From Eledone cirrhosa (lineage: Eukaryota): a DNA stretch of 64,000 nucleotides. This document shows positions 60,031-64,000 of this stretch, piece after piece. The stretch spans positions 42,594,001 to 42,658,000 of the forward strand of contig OZ024745.1 in assembly GCA_964016885.1 (NCBI GenBank), written 5' to 3'. The position numbers and the translations under genes are program-made. The notes beneath the pieces are model-generated. The model saw only the letters and a list, made by a program, of their open reading frames with translations. It made no database searches and was not told the origin of the DNA. The number at the start of each line of letters is the position of its first letter. Position 1 is the first letter of the stretch.

Positions 60031-60982
60031 TACTAGACCTGAAAAATGCGCAAGCTCAAAAGAGCCACAGAATGTTATAATAAACCTTCAAAAGTGTGGG
60101 ACTAGAGTTGTTGCTTAAAAATATTGTAATCATTATCTATCGTACACTCTGTGGCATCCTTTTATAAAAAAGAGACTCATAACGAACTCAAGACGACACG
60201 ATAATTATTTAAGCTAATGTTCAATATCTTATATTAGATGTTTAGTAATGATTAATACGAAATGCACTTAAATCGAATTCTATATTATAAATTCACTTAA
60301 ATAATTATCGTCGGGTGGAAGGCAGAACTCAATGGAATGATTTGAAATCATAAATAAAGAAACAGGGTTAATATGCAGCAAGGAATTTTGTCTGAAACTT
60401 ACCAATTCTGCCAATCCACAGCAAAAATCCACACCAATAAAAAAAAAAGGAATTAATCGGGCTATCCGCTGGATTTAGATTGACCATATGTCGGCTACTC
60501 AGCCGTAATACCACCAATACCGCCAATCTACTCTCTATACATTTTCATAAGAAATGGTTGATAGGTTTCTGTGGCACAAGAGATTACGGTAGAATTTGAT
60601 CGGCGATTTGAAATAACCCTGTAATCGGATTAATGAAAAGACTTTCTCTAGACCCATTAGTATGCCAAACTTCACATAAATCTTTCTTGCGTTATTATGT
60701 TTTAGTTTCTGGCGCCAAATTTTATTTCTCTTCGCCTCAGTTTTCATAAGTATATGAAATTCGGATCATATTTTTAGTTATCTATCGCTATAGCTACCTA
60801 AACATTATTTGTATAGCGAGATATGTTGCACCTGTTTGTGAAAACTTTATTTTCGGTTACCATTATATCAAATAGAAATCAAACCCCATCACTACAAGAC
60901 CACAAGAGCTGCAAACAAAGAACGCCAAATGTATCTTATGTATGGTAAACAGGAAAACGTGTGCGGGAATATCTTCATGTTT

Positions 60983-61067
<85 letters not shown>

Positions 61068-61117
61068 CACACATACACACACACACACACAAATACATAC
61101 ATATATATATATATATA

Positions 61118-61645
61118 TGGGGAGGGTCACATTTGTGTAGTAATATTGCCAGAATTAATAACAGAACACACTCACTGTTTGGTTGGTTTTCGCTTCTGTG
61201 TCTTTTATATCGGTTAATTTAATTTATTCGGTCCTCAATGTTGCCATTGACTGACCAACGATCAAAAATACAGATACAATATAGACACAAACACATATAT
61301 ATAGTCTAACAAAGTTCTTTCGTTGCACATCTGCAACTTCGTCAGTGGTGCTATTGTTTCCTCCCGTTGTAGTGTATGCTTACACCATCTTTATTTAGTC
61401 TGTTTATTTATTTATTTATTTGTTTAGTTTTTTGTCTTCTCTGGCTATATTGTATCTGTATTTTTGACCGTTGGTCAGTCAATGGTAACATTGAGGACCG
61501 AATAAATTAAATTAACCGATATAAAAGACACAGAAGCGAAAACCAACTAAACAGTGAGTGTGTTCTGTTATTAATTCTGGCAATATTATTACACAAATAT
61601 GACCCTCCCCAAGTATAACAATATTTGTTTCGACACACGATTTCA
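61118..61645. repeat. Foldback element (about 168-bp arms, about 158-bp spacer) beside (TA)n
   Basis: 61118-61285 pairs with 61444-61611. A short unpaired tail lies on the right. Confidence 0.9.
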
Positions 61646-61788
61646 TATCAAAAACCTCGCAAAACTAATTCATCGCCGTTATATATATATATACACACAC
61701 ACATACACACACACACACACACATATATATAATTTTCTTTTGCAATATATATACAGATGTGTTGGTATCTGTGTTTCATCATATATAT

Positions 61789-61847
<59 letters not shown>

Positions 61848-62068
61848 GATAAATCTACCAAGAGTTTACGGTAGTGTCCAATCCGTATGAAGAACTCAAT
61901 GTATTCCGGATATCATGGAAAGAAGAGATGTAATAATTTTGTATAATTTTGTACATAGATCTGTTGAATATGCATACCAATTCTAACACATATATATCCT
62001 AGAAACGATCGTTAAATAATGAACTTTTTTTGTTTAATATAAGGAATTGTTTATTCATTATTTGTTTA

Positions 62069-62105
<37 letters not shown>

Positions 62106-62350
62106 TATTGTCCAGTCTCTTGCTTATGCAATAGCTGCAAATGTGCAATTATATTTTTAGAAACCGTTAGGATCTAGGTTATGTTGAGTTGTACGTATTT
62201 TTTTCTTTGTCCTTTATATGAGGTTTATACTGTCTTTCCCTCTGGTCACAACCCTTTCAAAATCGAATAATTAATCAATTGTCATACTGAAACAATGAAT
62301 TCATTTCGTGTGTCATTAAATTTACAGAACTCCACTCTTCTCCCGTTAGC

Positions 62351-62735
62351 TGGTCATCGAAATGGTCTTTACACGTGCTAGCAGCCAAATTCAAGGTAAA
62401 GAGTGACAAAAGTGGTTCTCGAAGTGGTTTTACACGTGCTTGAAATGGCAGCTAAATTCGAAGTGAGGCGGTGACAAAAGTAGTCATTGAAACGGTATTT
62501 ACGTTTTAGAAATAGCAGCCAAATTCAGGGTAAAGGTTGACAAAAGTGGTTATGGAAATGGTCTTATACGTGTTAGAAATAACAGCCAAATTCAGGGTGA
62601 AGGGAGACCAAAGTGGTCACTGAAATGGTCTTTATACATGCTAGAAATAACAACCAAATTCAGGGTGATGGGTAACCAAAGTGGTCATCGAAGTGGTTTT
62701 ACATGTGTTAGAAATAGCAGTAAACTTTATGGTGA
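62351..62735. repeat. About 67-bp diverged tandem repeat, six units
   Basis: Unit is approximately TGGTCATCGAAATGGTCTTTACACGTGCTAGAAATAGCAGCCAAATTCAGGGTGAAGGGTGACAAAAG. Confidence 0.85.
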
Positions 62736-63077
62736 GCGTGAAAAAGCCTCGGGAAAAAAATTAATTGTAAAGAAAAACCCCGAATGTGCAAAATTCTGAG
62801 AGTCTCTTCCTTCTCCACTCCGTTTTCTAAAAAAAAATCAATATTTTCCAAATGTTTTAAAAGTCATATTTGTTGAAAACATAAAATAGAACTCTGGAAA
62901 AAATTAAATGTAAAGAAAACTCCTAGAACACAAAACTCCGAAGATGCGAAATTCCGAGGGTCTCTCCTCGTCTTCTCTCTCCGTTTACTAAAGAACGAGT
63001 CGTTTCTGACTAACTTGGAGGTCAGATTCTAACTAGTGTGAGTAGCGGTAAGAACGAAAAATTCTATACACACACAC

Positions 63078-63167
<90 letters not shown>

Positions 63168-63434
63168 TTATGTAATAAACAATATAACGCAATTATTCCA
63201 TTTACCAGTTATTTCTTAAAAGCAAAAAATGTTGCTTTCAATCCTCAGAATGAAAAAATCCTGGACTTTTCCGACGGAATTACTTCATTTATATATATAT
63301 ATATATATGTAGGAGGTGAGTTTTATTGTAGTACAATAAAGCAATGCAGATATCGGATAAGAAGCACTCTACAGTTTGTAGGACTGGAGTATACATAATA
63401 TATAAGATCAAAAGATGGTTAAAAGAGTTCCATA

Positions 63435-63505
63435 TATTTTATTATGCGCATTTCAAAAACAAATATCATCATGCAATAATATTTGTGTTTTCATCAGATA
63501 AAATA
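63435..63505 (-). ncRNA. Type I hammerhead ribozyme (left arm)
   Basis: Near-exact reverse-complement copy of 63586-63656. Confidence 0.78.
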
Positions 63506-63585
63506 GGAAGACATGAATATGTTGATATGTTGATTTAAAACTGCACTATTCACAAGTGTTTTTTAACCTTCATATCATGTCTTCC

Positions 63586-63656
63586 TATTTTATCTGATGA
63601 AAACACAAATATTATTGCATGATAATATTTGTTTTTGAAATGCGCATAATAAAATA
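63586..63656 (+). ncRNA. Type I hammerhead ribozyme with palindromic minimal stem III
   Basis: The fold is UAUUUUAU-CUGAUGA-AAACACAAAUAUUAU(UGCAUG)AUAAUAUUUGUUUUU-GAA-AUGCGCAU-A-AUAAAAUA. Confidence 0.8.
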
Positions 63657-63686
63657 TATGGAACTCTTTTAACCATCTTTTGATCT

Positions 63687-63726
<40 letters not shown>

Positions 63727-64000
63727 AGGGAGTGTAACGTGAAGTCACTGTAGGTTCACCCAGGTGAACGCTCGATGTTTAGGTTGACGTCAGTAGCAAG
63801 GTGTAGAGCTAGACAGAGTGTAATATAATAATACAAGCACGATTTGTTAAGCCTTCATTACGTTTATCGATTGGTGACGCGCGTTTCGTTATAGATCAGC
63901 TCAAGTTTCGATCAGTATCGATCTGGCCCGAATCTAGAATCAAAAGCACTTCGGACCTCTGTTGTGGTAATTGATTCCAGAGTCGGACCAGATCGATATA

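Larger units (their letters stand above)
63309..63696. mobile_element. (TA)n-flanked foldback element with a complete hammerhead in each arm
   Basis: Arms are 63395-63516 and 63575-63696, with an approximately 85-nt unpaired tail on the left. Confidence 0.9.

Overview
AT-rich, repeat-saturated eukaryotic non-coding DNA, most likely from an octopus (coleoid cephalopod). This assignment is inferred from the SINE families and microsatellite load, not proven. No intact protein-coding gene can be supported, and nearly all long ORFs in the track are translations of micro- or minisatellites. Recognisable content includes decayed non-LTR retrotransposon fragments (Tx1-like, R4/Dong-like, CRE-like, RTE-like) and more than 20 tRNA-derived SINE copies. 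There are also a hATm-like MITE plus a transposase fragment, a Tc1/mariner-type MITE, and a non-autonomous Helitron with a duplicated 3' end. The most notable signal is a dense set of short (100-500 bp) non-coding elements, most inserted in or beside (TA)n tracts. Many are long inverted repeats (foldbacks), and several carry recognisable type I hammerhead ribozyme folds from at least five sequence families. This fits Penelope-like retroelement termini or retrozyme-like non-autonomous elements. Several foldback centres fall on or next to the ribozyme helices, and the cores show recurrent non-canonical variants (U.U at the base of stem II, CAGAAGA core). All folds were assigned by eye and need computational and biochemical confirmation.
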